DNA from: Octopus vulgaris
Lineage: Eukaryota
Length of the DNA: 64,000 bases
Assembly (NCBI GenBank): GCA_951406725.2
Contig: OX597816.1
Coordinates: 31,682,001 to 31,746,000 of the forward strand
Reading direction: 5' to 3'
A program made the translations under genes and the position numbers. Shown one piece after another: positions 14,600 through 26,035 of this stretch. Within the stretch, counting starts at the first letter, position 1. Every line of letters begins with the position of its first letter. Below the pieces are notes generated by a model that was not told where the DNA came from, made no database searches, and saw only the letters and a program-made list of their open reading frames with translations.

Positions 14600-14950
14600 C
14601 AGAATGTTGACGCAATTGTGGTCGGCAGTAATTAGAATAAAAATCAGAAAGTTTATAATCGATTTACTTTTATTAGGCAACTGTCTAATAAAGCTTGCCA
14701 TTATTCTGAATGTAATTTTAAAATCCACAACTGAAATACAAGACTATAGAAAACAGCCGGTTAAGTATATAGAAAACAGCCTCTTGATTCGCCATCTCGA
14801 ATTAAAATGGATTATACCGATATTGATGTATTCGCCCCAAATACGAACACACTTGGTAAACAGGGCAATAACTTGTTACAGAACAGATATATCTTTTATA
14901 TAGGCGTCCCACCTATGGAACAAAAGTGAAAATACAAATAAATAAAAGGA
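14600..14950 (+). mobile_element. Possible highly decayed CR1/L2-like LINE C-terminal fragment
   Basis: IIPILMYSPQIR resembles VRPILEYA.PVW, and a downstream FYIGVPP..WN-like segment is present. Weak. Confidence 0.3.
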
Positions 14951-15455
14951 TGGTCCCATGGAAAGAGATTGCATATATGATAAAGAGGTGCACAGGTGCA
15001 ATGTTATCATAAATAAATCTATGTACAAAGTGTCAAGCGAAAGATTTCTTTCAAACGAAATACCTGCATTGATGAGGACTTAAACATTCCCAAATACGCC
15101 GGTGAGCAAAATTTCTTCTCAAAATACTAAAAAAAGGATTTATCATTAATTATTGTATTCTAACTATAGGAAACACTTACTTGAGACATGCGAAGGCTCG
15201 CAGGCTCTGTGAATGTGCGGCCTTGGAAATTGCATTAGCTAATATGGAACGTATGTAACTGAAACGCAAAGGATTAATCGGAAAATAAAAGCATTAGCTG
15301 AAATCAAGATCCAGAAATTTCTAAGAGAAAATGTATATCTCTCTCTTGAAATCTACCACTTTTTTCTTCCACTAACCACATTCATTGTTCCCATCTAACT
15401 CAAAGTACACACTTTAGAACTGCTCATAGTTAACATACAATTTTAACCCTTGCTT

Positions 15456-15456
15456 A

Positions 15457-15531
<75 letters not shown>

Positions 15532-15541
15532 AACAACAACA

Positions 15542-15599
<58 letters not shown>

Positions 15600-15632
15600 T
15601 TATTATAATTATTATAATTAATATTATTATTA
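15456..15632. repeat. Compound (CTA)n/(CAA)n/(TTA)n microsatellite at the 3' end of the adjacent LINE
   Basis: Direct sequence. Confidence 0.95.
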
Positions 15633-17640
15633 TATGCTTGTCTCACCCTGAGAACTCAAGTGATAACAAGTTAGAATTTCATAATACAAGCTAGAATTCC
15701 AGGTTGGTGTTATGCCTAGGGTATCATATATTTGGTTTTGCATGTAGTACTGATTTACAGAATGTTTAAGAAAACAGGAGAAAATTAGGAGTATGTTTCC
15801 AAATTCGAGATTACATTGACAGTAATTTGCGTATGATATGGGCAGTTCTCGCGAGCACTATCTTTTCAAATTCTGCAATTTGGGGGTTTCCTGGTATCTA
15901 CGCTAGTTTGGAAGGACCCAGGCCATTTTGCTATCATTGTATTGTTTTAGTCTTGAGGATCCACATTTTGCCAATTTCTATTTCAAGATCTTTATACTTG
16001 CTCAGTAGGACTTGACAGATATATTTATGTCGATTGGGACAGTCATATCAATGAAGAGGTATGATTTTTGCCTGAAGTCTTTCAATATAATGTCTGACCT
16101 ATTCGCATCTGTATTTCTGTCCATTTGAATAGTGAAGTTCCAGAGGACTCAGATGTGATCATTTTCAAGCATTGGAGGTGGTTTGTTCCCACCAGTTTTT
16201 TACATGGGGCAGGTCCAAGATTTACCAAATCACCCGATGGATATATTGTGCTGCTCTATCATGCCTGCTGAGATAATTTGTTGGTGCAAGAAGACTGCAC
16301 ATGGAGACAACATGGTCAATGGTTTCATTTTGTTGTTGACATACACGTCATGTTGGGTTACTGCCGTTCTTTAATATGTTGGTCTGGTAGTTCCTCGTAG
16401 ATAAGCATTGGCATTGTGCTGCTATGATAAACCCTTCTCTTTCTGATTTTATTCCAGAAGACATTTACAATAGTGAGGTATGGGCTTTGTCAACATCGGC
16501 ACTATTAGCTCTCTTTGGGCATTTGCCATTGAGAGGTTTGTCTTGCCACGTATCATAAAGAATATCTAAGGCAGCAGTTTTAGTACAGGTTTTCGTACGC
16601 CTGGTAGATTTTTCTGTGCTTGTTTCTAGTACGTCTAATTCTGGAATTTATTGCATTTAAAATTCACTTAGATATCCTTCTGCATGTCTTGTTATTGAGT
16701 ATGAAGGTTTCTTCTTTTCATGCTTTGGGAGCAGTTCTAAAATCCAGTGATAAGGGTTTTTAGATAGTCAAATTGGGGCAACCTTCATTGTTAATTCCAG
16801 CAGAATTAGTCCACGGTCACATTCTTTTCTTGGCAGGTAAAGTCGTTCTATATCTGCCTTATGGTGGTGCATTATTTCCATTGTCAACAATTTCCGTATT
16901 TTTCTGTCAAGCTTGCATATTTTAGTAACTGACAAGTTAATGACGTTAAAACTGTAAGTCACGACAAGTATGGTTAAAATATTGGTCGGTTCGATCCTGT
17001 TTCTTGCATTCAAGTCTGTCTTGAATATTGCCCTTACTCTGCGATATCATTCTCTTCTGATCCATTCCCTCATCACTGAATGTTTGATTCTGGCCCTTAC
17101 AAATAACCATAGGCATTTGTATATCTCCGCTGGTTCTAACTCCTTTATCCCTTTCTGCCGGTCAAGATTACCATTCGATGTATCTCTCACTTTACCTCTG
17201 ATACAGGTAGCTTTGGCACATTTATCGAGGCCAAATTGCATCCAGATGTCATCGCTGAATTCTTTAACAATCGCTACTAAGCCTTGTAGTTGCTGGTTAC
17301 TTTTCACATAGAGCTTCAAATCATCCATTAAAAATGAGATGATTTATATTTTCATTAAATATTTTATAGCCGTATTGTACCTCATTGAGCAATTTCGTGA
17401 GAGACATTAAGTCTAGACAAAAGAAGAGTGGTGACAGAGAGTCTTACATCTCCAGCATTAAGAGATTCATTGCTATCGTTCAAAGTCAGTGTGGTTCTCC
17501 ATTTTCACATACTTACGGATGTAAGTTTTGCAGATTAGGTGCTATTTTATACTTTTCCAGATATTTCTCAATCCAGTTTTATAGTCTATCCAGGCAATCG
17601 ACAAATTTTTGTGTCGTTTGTAACTATCTTCCAAGATCAA
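15633..17640 (-). mobile_element. R4/Dong-clade non-LTR retrotransposon, 5'-truncated and inactivated (RT, CCHC, restriction-like endonuclease)
   Basis: NLSIAWIDYK; INHLIF-MDDLKLYVKS...FSDDIWMQFGLDKCAK; KLDRKIRKLLT..MHHHKADIERLYLPRKECDRGL; *RVCQQQNETIDHVVSMC (CCHC); LWNFTIQMDRNTDANRSDIILKD...FIDMTVP...SKYKDLEIEIGKMW (RLE). The 3' end runs into TAA/TAG repeats. Confidence 0.92.
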
Positions 17641-17641
17641 C

Positions 17642-17720
17642 TTATTGATGGGTGCCAGATGTTTATTGATGGGTGCCAGATGTTTATTGATGGGTGCCAG
17701 ATGTTTATTGATGGGTGCCA
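17642..17720. repeat. 21-bp tandem repeat (ttattgatgggtgccagatgt), ~3.8 copies
   Basis: Direct sequence; produces the APINKHL and FIDGCQM repeats in the ORF track. Confidence 0.95.
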
Positions 17721-17905
17721 GAAGCGTTAGCACAGCAGCCGAAATGCTTCTCGTTATTTCGTCTGTCTTTATGTTCTGAGTTGAAATTCTGCTGAGGTTG
17801 ACTTAGCTGTTCATCCTTTCGGGGTCGATAAATAAAGTACCAGTTGAGCACTGGGAACGATCTATCCGAATGGCCCCATCCCTCAAAATTTTGCACCATG
17901 AGCCC
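17712..17905 (+). mobile_element. SINE family A copy
   Basis: cagaagcgttagcac...ccgaaatgct...gttctgagttgaaattctgctgaggttgacttagctgttcatcctttcggggtcgataaataaagtaccag. Confidence 0.85.
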
Positions 17906-18206
17906 AGATTATTAAAGGATATTCATCGTCCGAAATTATTCTGTCTTTAATCTGTTATTGTTTGCATTTATTCATATATACATACTTCATGTATGTAACA
18001 ATATGAAACATCGGCTCCTAATACCCATGGCCTCCTCCATATCTACTCACCCTGATTCATCTTATAACCATAATTTACCCCACCGAAACTGGTTCCTCAT
18101 CAACAAAGGTCTCAGATTTCAGAGTCAAAGTACTAATTATTGGACCGCCACGAAGACTATCTGGATCTCTTCTGTTAACGATATAATATATATATATATA
18201 TATATA

Positions 18207-18600
18207 TCTTTATATATAAAAGTGAAGTTGTGTATCTGTCTCCTACGATTTAGATTCCTAACTACTCCGACATTTTGCGGTGCAGTGTAACCAAAAGCCG
18301 GTTTCTTATAGTCGTGATTCATAACGAGCCCTTCTGGGTATTAGCGCGCATCTACGATGAGTCTACGATTTTAAAAATAATTTACCATCATTTTTTCCAT
18401 TTTGATGCATTTTTCGCTATTATATAAGGGAAGTAACTCTCTAAAAATGTCTACGATGAGTCAACGATTTTAAAAAAAAATTACTATAATTTTGTTTCCA
18501 TTTTTTATGCATTTTTTGCTATTTTTTGGCTATAACTCTCTAAAAATGCTTATATAGTTATTTCCCTTACAAACCCGAGCAACGCCGGGCGATACTGCTA

Positions 18601-18601
<1 letters not shown>
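18207..18601 (+). mobile_element. Non-autonomous Helitron, structurally complete
   Basis: Begins A|TC (18207), has the subterminal GC hairpin cccgagc-aac-gccggg (18574-18589), ends CTAG|T (18598-18601), has no TSD and sits in (TA)n. Carries an internal ~100-bp direct repeat starting tctacgatgagtc. Confidence 0.85.
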
Positions 18602-18667
<66 letters not shown>

Positions 18668-18669
18668 CA

Positions 18670-18885
18670 TAGGTGCAGGCACGGCTGTGTGCTGAGAAGA
18701 TTGTTTCCTAGATACATGGTTCTGAAATCCTCCAAAAGCATGTTGCTTAGACGTGATTTGCTCTGCATTTACTCCACATATGTGCAGTACTTTCCCATTT
18801 TACCTATTTCAACATATCTTTCATATACTATATACAAACTATGCCATTTTAATCCCGAGCAATGCCCGTTATCTCGGCTACTATA
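18670..18885 (+). mobile_element. SINE B head (18670-18725) followed by a degenerate Helitron 3' end
   Basis: aggtgcaggcacggctgtgtg...acatggttctg matches the SINE B head. aatcccgagcaatgcccgttatctcggctact resembles the 18574-18601 terminus. Confidence 0.55.
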
Positions 18886-19029
18886 ATATATATATAATTG
18901 TGTGTGAGTATGTGTCATTGCGTATTTTTTATCATTAAGTTTGTTCACTTATTATTCTGCTACCGTAATTGATTACCGCCTTGAAGTGTTTATTGGGACA
19001 TTTCGCCTACTCAACTTATAGTTTCTTAT

Positions 19030-19300
19030 TCTGTCAATATGTTTTGCCTAACCGCTAAGTAAGGGGAACACATCGACCGCTGTCAAGTGGTTTTTAGAGT
19101 TAAACACACGCACATAGACGCGCACATACATGGATATATCAAGCTTCTTTTAATTTCCATTACATGCACATATCCAGCGCTAGATTTTACTCTGTTCAGG
19201 CATATAGCAGAAGACACATTCCCAAGTTACTACACAGTGCTATTGAGCCTGTGTCAATGTGGTTGTTAAATTAACTTGTACTAATCAGATACTTGCGCTT
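19030..19300 (-). mobile_element. Highly diverged SINE B copy
   Basis: ttgcctaaccgctaagt...catcgaccgctgtcaag...atagcagaagacacattcccaag...cacagtg is the reverse complement of SINE B segments. Confidence 0.65.
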
Positions 19301-19928
19301 GCAGCTATATTTATTATTAGATGTTCATATTTAACAAATACTTACTTTATCATTTTCATGATTAAAAATTCTATAAAAAATCCTTTATGCTTGACATGGT
19401 CCTACATTTTGGAATAGTTGATACGATTATATTTCAGTTCAACTATTTCAATTTGGATTAGAAAACTATTCCTTTAAATACATAGAGAGAAGTACCATTG
19501 GCTATTTCAAACTACACCATTTTGTCCAAATATGACATTTCTCCGTAATAAACGGCGATATTGAACATCAAAATGGCGGTAAACGGGAACAATGAATATT
19601 TATAATTGAATTACACTATCAGAATACTGCATCTATAGGGAGAGCTTTAGCTCTGTGTCTGATAAGAAAAGATTGTATAGTCGAAGCATATTGTGATTTT
19701 ACATACATTCTCCGCCTAAAAGAATTTTCCTTTCGGCTATAATTTCAAACAGAATCGACAATTAGATACTAAGTTGTTGTTAATCTATATATCTATGCAA
19801 TAGAAATATATATTTAACTGACTATATAGGCTTCCAGACTGAAGTCTTACAGATGCAGACAATTAGAAATTCCGTTCAAAATAATAATAGCGTGTGTTTG
19901 TATGTATGTATATATATATATATATACT

Positions 19929-20159
19929 ATTTTACTCTGATACTTGTTTCAGTTATTTGACTCTGGTCATGCTGGAGCACTACCTTTAGTCGAGCAAGTC
20001 GACAGCAGGACTTGTACTTTGTAGCCGTAGTAGTTATTCTATCGGTCTCTTTTGCCGAACAGCTATGTTACGGAGACATAAACACATCAGCATCGGTGGT
20101 CAAGCGATGTTGGGGGGACACACATAGACACACAAACATTAACACCCACACACACATAC

Positions 20160-20204
<45 letters not shown>

Positions 20205-20550
20205 TATATTAAATTAGAGATAAAACCACTATTAGGCAAATCAAACAATGAAAAACATAAGCCAATACATAAAATTAATTTAATTTATATTATTTTAAAT
20301 ATATATCAAAAGTATTAAAAGTTTAATAAAAGATATAATTTTAATACTTTTGATATATATTTAAAATAATATAAATTAAATTAATTTTATGTATTGGCTT
20401 ATGTCTTTCATTGTCTGATTTGCCTAATAGTGGTTTTATCTCTAATTTAATATAATATAATAAAATATATTTATACTACAAGATTGGATTTAATCCTAAA
20501 TCTGATTTTTCCCTGTAAGTTTGGATTTATTTCCTAATATTTTATTATTA

Positions 20551-20613
<63 letters not shown>

Positions 20614-20770
20614 CATATATACGATGGGCTACTTTCAGCTTCCGTCTACCGAATCCACTATAGCCCGAGGCTATAGTAGAAGACACATGCCTGAGTTGCC
20701 ACGCAGTGGGACTGAACTCAGAACCATGTTGTTGGTAAGCAAGCTGTATTCCACACAGACACTCCTACAC
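19929..20770 (-). mobile_element. SINE B copy interrupted within its internal (TA)n by a ~350-bp Penelope-like insert
   Basis: 3' half at 19929-20160 (tacttgtttcagt...gctggagcac...ctttagtcgagcaagtcgac) and 5' half at 20620-20770 (tttcagcttccgtctacc...ccacacagacactcct). Confidence 0.85.
20201..20458. repeat. ~120-bp near-perfect inverted repeat with 18-nt spacer (Penelope-like inverted pLTR)
   Basis: Arms 20201-20320 and 20339-20458, with two mismatches seen. The right arm is homologous to 22965-23085. Confidence 0.9.
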
Positions 20771-20854
20771 CTACATATGTATATATATATACATCTATAT
20801 CTATATACATACACACATATATACACACACATATGTATGTGTAAATATATACAA

Positions 20855-20908
<54 letters not shown>

Positions 20909-21257
20909 ATGTATTAGTGTGTGTGTATAATATGTTATTTGAAAATTATCTCATCCCAATTTGTAATGCTAGGAAAATATACATGTAGCTATATTGGTAA
21001 GATAAGATATAAGGATGCAGTTTGATTGTACGGCAAACATGTTTAAATATTAGTTAAGCACAGACTCTCTGGTCTGGGGAATTTCCTTGGCGATCATCAA
21101 ACAAACGAGTCGCCAATAAAAATCTAAAAAAGCTTTTGAAAACCGTGTCTATTTGAAAACTTCTCTCTGTCTCTCTATAGATAGATAGATTGATGGATAG
21201 ATAAAAAGATTAGTAGATACATACATACATATATACATATGTAAGTATATATATATA

Positions 21258-21301
<44 letters not shown>

Positions 21302-21435
21302 CATACATAGACTGCACAAAAGAAAGGAAGAACCTAGCATCATAGCATCATAATATCAAAGTATCAATAAAACCGTCAAAAACATGTTTATTTTTATGTT
21401 TTTTATGTACTACTAGTGTTACGTAATATGCTTTC

Positions 21436-22520
21436 CTAAAACTGTTGGCCCGTTTCAGATATCATGAGAAAAAGGTAAATAAAATTCATTAAAATGACAG
21501 ATGTATTGTACTTTAAATGAGGTGAAATTTTTGGTGACCGTGCGGCAGGCCCTACGGCAACGAAAAGAAACAGATCAAGAAATACTGTCTCGAATGTAAT
21601 GACGGCTTTCAGAAAGAGACTAAAACGTCCTCGTCGAAACAAAAGTACGGAAGAAAACCAACAATTTCAGATATGTTGGTTTCTTACGCGAATTGTGAGA
21701 AAGAAACACAAAAGTACAGCTCCCAAAATTACTGCAGTGCTTAATGAGTACCTCGAGAACCCAGTTTCTACAATAAATGTTCGCTGCACAATAACTGTTC
21801 GCTGCACAAAACCGGATTTCACGGAAGGTCTGCAATCAGAAAACCACTACTTTCATGAACAAACGTTGCAGATCGTTTACAGTGGAATAAATACCTACAG
21901 AATTTGTCCCTAGAGCAGTGGGAGAATGTTATTTTCCCGGACAAGCCATCCTTTACCTTATTTCACACCACTTGCCGAGTATATGTTTGGAGACAGCCAA
22001 AAGTATCACTTGACCCACACGGCCTTCTTGTTCCCAACATGGAGGAGGAACTGTGAGGATCTTGGGGTTGGGGCTATATCTTGGAAATCCGCCGGATTAA
22101 TCTTTTCCATTCATGGCAGAATTAACAGTGAAAACGATTTAAGCATTTTATCTGATAAAATTCATCCTCTGGTGAACTGTTTCTAAGTGAAACACAATAT
22201 TTCAGGATGATAATGCACCGACTCTGACAGCTACAGTTAGTACGGAATGGCACGAGGATCATTCTAGTGAAGTTGAACATATCTTCTTCACACCACCGTC
22301 CCCTGATCTCAATATTATTAAACATTTATGGTGCATTTTAGAAAATTAAGTATGGAAAAGGTATCATCACTATAGGGACTGTAAACTATTTAGCGGAAGA
22401 ATTAATAAAAATTCCTTGGGAAAAAATTAAAACTTCGTACGAGTCCAATCAATCTGTAATTACTGCAAAATATCCCTATATTAAAAGAAATTTGTTTGAC
22501 ATTTTAAGGTGTTTGTGTTA
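21436..22520 (+). mobile_element. Tc1-family (DD34E) transposase remnant
   Basis: GEIFGDRAAG; LTRIVRKKHKSTAPKITAVLNEYLENPVST; GFHGRSAIRKPL; WENVIFPDKPSF; RVYVWRQPK; HGGGTVRI; FQDDNAP; PPSPDLNIIKHLW. Confidence 0.9.
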
Positions 22521-22529
22521 ACTTGTGAA

Positions 22530-23076
22530 ACCCGAATTTGGAAATTAGCTATTTCATCTTTAAATATGAAAAATTAAATATATTAGGTTTTTATTATATA
22601 CAATTATTTATAGAGATTATTTTAGAACTTGATTATAATATTTATATATATATTTTCATTGATATTTTATATATATTAGTCATTTAAAATATTTATGTAA
22701 TTAGATATAGACTAATCTTGATATTAGATTATTGGTTTCCTACCTTATAAATTAAAATTAATATTTAACATTATAGTCGATTTGGATATATTCATATTTG
22801 ATAATAGAGTTTATTATAAGTAAAATTATTATATTATATATATTATTTATATCTTAAAAATATTGATTATATTTTAGATATCTAAACCACCTGATGAATG
22901 ACTGTAACTCGAAAATTTAAAGAATTGAACAGCCATGAAACGATCGTAGTGTTATATTGATTATCTTTTTTAATAATTTTGTTATATATTTAAATAATAT
23001 AAATTAAATAATATTATGTATTGGCTTAAGTCTTTCATTGTATAAGTTGCCTAATAGTGGTTTTCTCTCTAATTTA

Positions 23077-23085
<9 letters not shown>
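22530..23085 (+). mobile_element. AT-rich Penelope-like element 3' end / pLTR
   Basis: Contains a type I hammerhead, shares its distal ~120 bp with the inverted repeat at 20201-20458, and abuts (TA)n. Confidence 0.65.
22885..22953 (+). ncRNA. Type I hammerhead ribozyme (Penelope-type, palindromic helix III)
   Basis: aaccac-CTGATGA-atgactgt[loop]acagccat-GAAA-cgatcg-TA-gtgtt. Both core boxes are intact, helix II pairs 7 of 8 bp, helix III is the palindrome acgatcgt, the cleavage triplet is GUA, and helix I is short with one bulge. Confidence 0.75.
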
Positions 23086-23140
<55 letters not shown>

Positions 23141-23190
23141 TACAAATATGAGAGAGAATCCACTATGTGAACGCTCTTACGCTAGATATA

Positions 23191-23403
23191 GATCCACAAA
23201 GGGACTCAACCATTAAGAACTGTTCTCAAGAAATAATTTATCACACTAAGAACGTAAGCGGGCAGAACAAATGAAAAATAACAAAAAATATATAAATTAA
23301 TCTATATTTTTGTTATTTTTCATTTGTCCTGCCCGCGTACGTTCTTAGTGTGCTAAATCTTTTCTTGAGAACAATCTTTAGTGGTTGAGTCCCTTTCCGG
23401 ATC
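23191..23403. repeat. ~100-bp imperfect inverted repeat with ~10-nt spacer
   Basis: aaagggactcaacca...cacactaagaacgta.gcgggcag.acaaatgaaaaataacaaaaa pairs with its reverse complement at 23303-23403. Confidence 0.9.
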
Positions 23404-24349
23404 GTCTTTCGTGAAATAAATCCTTATATTCAAAATTCGATTTGTGAATTATCAAAGATTCATTTATATTTTGGATTTTCGACTTTCCATTTTAACTTTC
23501 CATAAATCTTTCCATAGCTAATACGGCTTTGATTACATGAAATCTAGCTAATTAGAGACTGAAACACCCCTACTGATGACACATCAAATATTCTAGGGTG
23601 TTTTAATCAGAAGTGCCAACAACGTAAGCTTGACACTAATTGAAAGATGTTTCGCTGGGCATGGTTATGCTGGGAACATAGTTCTAATTCCGAAAGTGAA
23701 AGGCGACTCATCAAGCAATATAGGAGATGATTTTCCTGTGTGACAGGTCCAAATTAATTTAATGTTCCACTTATTTCATTTTATAGAGTATAATTTATCG
23801 ATAATAATATGATATTCCTTGATGCACCCGAAAACAAAATTTAAGTTTTGAACATAATTCAGAAGGGAAATCACAAACAAGATAGAAGGAAAATGTGACC
23901 TGTAAGCATACGTGATATTTTAAGACTTGAGAAACTTTGAATTAGCAGTCATATTATAGAAATCAAGTCCAGCATCTGCTGGCGTATTGAGTTACGAATA
24001 ATATGTGTTGTTTTTATTGTTTTGTCCTCATTCTTCTGTTTTTTACTGTTTTTTCATTTTCTATTGTATTTTCTGTTTTCTTACCCTCTCCTGTTCATTT
24101 TACCAATTTCACCTTCCGCAAAATATCTCAAATTATATTTAATTTGCTTTGCGGGAAGGACTGTTTCAACGAATACGCGTCTTATCCTTGCCTTCAGCAC
24201 GTGGAGTAGTTGGAACAGGGATAACTGAAGAAGGGGGATATTATTTATGTTGTATGCCTCGTTTCTCTGTTTTTGTTTTTACGTTTTCGTTTCTCATTGT
24301 GTTCAACGCTTTTTTTATGTCCTGTATCTATTTATGTCCTGTATCTATT

Positions 24350-24405
<56 letters not shown>

Positions 24406-24568
24406 GGTATGTACATATATATATGCATATATTGTATATATATATATATATATATATATACATAAATACTGTTGTATCTGGGCAGATCATTCATTTTAGT
24501 GCCTTGTACTTTGACACACTCATCGGTAAAATTTCCACTCATTCACTTTTTGTTTTCTAACGTTTTAG

Positions 24569-24630
24569 TTGCACCTTGCAAACTTTACAACTATTGAAAG
24601 TAATGTCCCTGACGATCGCATTGAACATCT
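24569..24630 (+). CDS. Candidate 62-nt internal exon of an unidentified host gene
   Basis: Acceptor ctttttgttttctaacgttttag| and donor |gtaagt. Two frames are open (LHLANFTTIESNVPDDRIEHL or CTLQTLQLLKVMSLTIALNI). No homology recognised. Confidence 0.3.
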
Positions 24631-25990
24631 GTAAGTAAAACTGTAGAGAAAAGCATCTTAGCTAGAAAGCAAATTCGAGATAGCTGATGACCATAGAATC
24701 ATGAGATAGTTTAAGATGTAGTTTAGAGTCCGGGGTGAAGACACATTATGAGATGTTGAGCAGAAGAGATATAAGTGTGTCACCGGTGGCCTATAATTAT
24801 GTACTCTGTGATGAGCAGAGGCAGTTATTGTAGTAGTAGAAGGATTATGTGATAACACGTGTTATTTGAGGTAAAGTTAGCTCTATGTCTAGCGACGTGT
24901 GTCACCATTGTTTTGTTGTTGTTAGAGATTTGTTGTTGTTAGAACAGGAAATCAGCAACGAGTGAAAAATACTTAAACACATAATGACACTTGCGTGACA
25001 AAATACCAAAATAAGTCGTCGACTGTTAATTAACACCTAATTCGAGCTTTCAACGACAAGACAGGAAACCTTCATAAACCAGCAGCATCGACCGGACAAA
25101 CAATGACGGAGTGGACGTACAGAGAAAGTAATGGACAAAGACAAACGCTAACAACCTTTAAGCGAACACACATTGTAATGGGTAATGCCTGGGAAAAGTT
25201 TGAAAGGATATAGAAGAAATAGAAGAAAATACTAGAAGAGAAAAGAAGAAATAAATGTAGGGAGGCGAGCAGAATGACGTCCAGCAAAGTTTGAGTGGGA
25301 GCAAATAGATACAGGAGAAGGGACACGGACCACACACAGGCACACATATTTATTTACGCTAATCTTTATATCCAACTTAACATGGATGTCTCAATAAAAC
25401 ACCAAGTTCTGCGTTTATAGCCTTGGGTGGCACTCTCATATAGGCCTTTGATGCAAAATATCACGCACACAGACTGTAGCAGACGAAAATCATTAGTGAA
25501 AGGCTTGGCAATACCTATGATTTCATGCCACTGAAACCGATGAGTGGGTACAGTTACCGCTTCTGTGTGATACGACGGAGGCAGTATCAATAAGAAAAGC
25601 TTATCTTTATATACAAGTAAATATTGTTCACTTGTTAGAACACCAGATATATATACTGCATTAGTAGTCTTGAGAGATCCTCTCCTAAAGCGCTGAGTGC
25701 AGGAAAGCAAATACGGAGATCGCAGCAGAGAAGAATCTACTGTCATACATGCCGGAATATTATTATCAACTGATATCAAAACCGGATCTATGTAGATATT
25801 AGAGCGTCCACAATCACGATTTCCCTCTGTATCAACCTCTGTGACTTATTACATGTAAACACACACACATACATCTATATAGATAAATAGGTAGGTATAT
25901 TATCTAAATATGCATCTATATATGTACATGTGAGCGCGCGCTCAAGCCTATCCTATATATATATATATATATATATATACATACACGCAC

Positions 25991-26035
<45 letters not shown>

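Noticed and set aside
15065-15105. ttgatgaggac...cccaaatacg hammerhead-like text
   Set aside because: Both cores are altered and the helices do not pair convincingly.
17642-17720. CRISPR-like array
   Set aside because: Head-to-tail identical units with no spacers, in a eukaryotic context.
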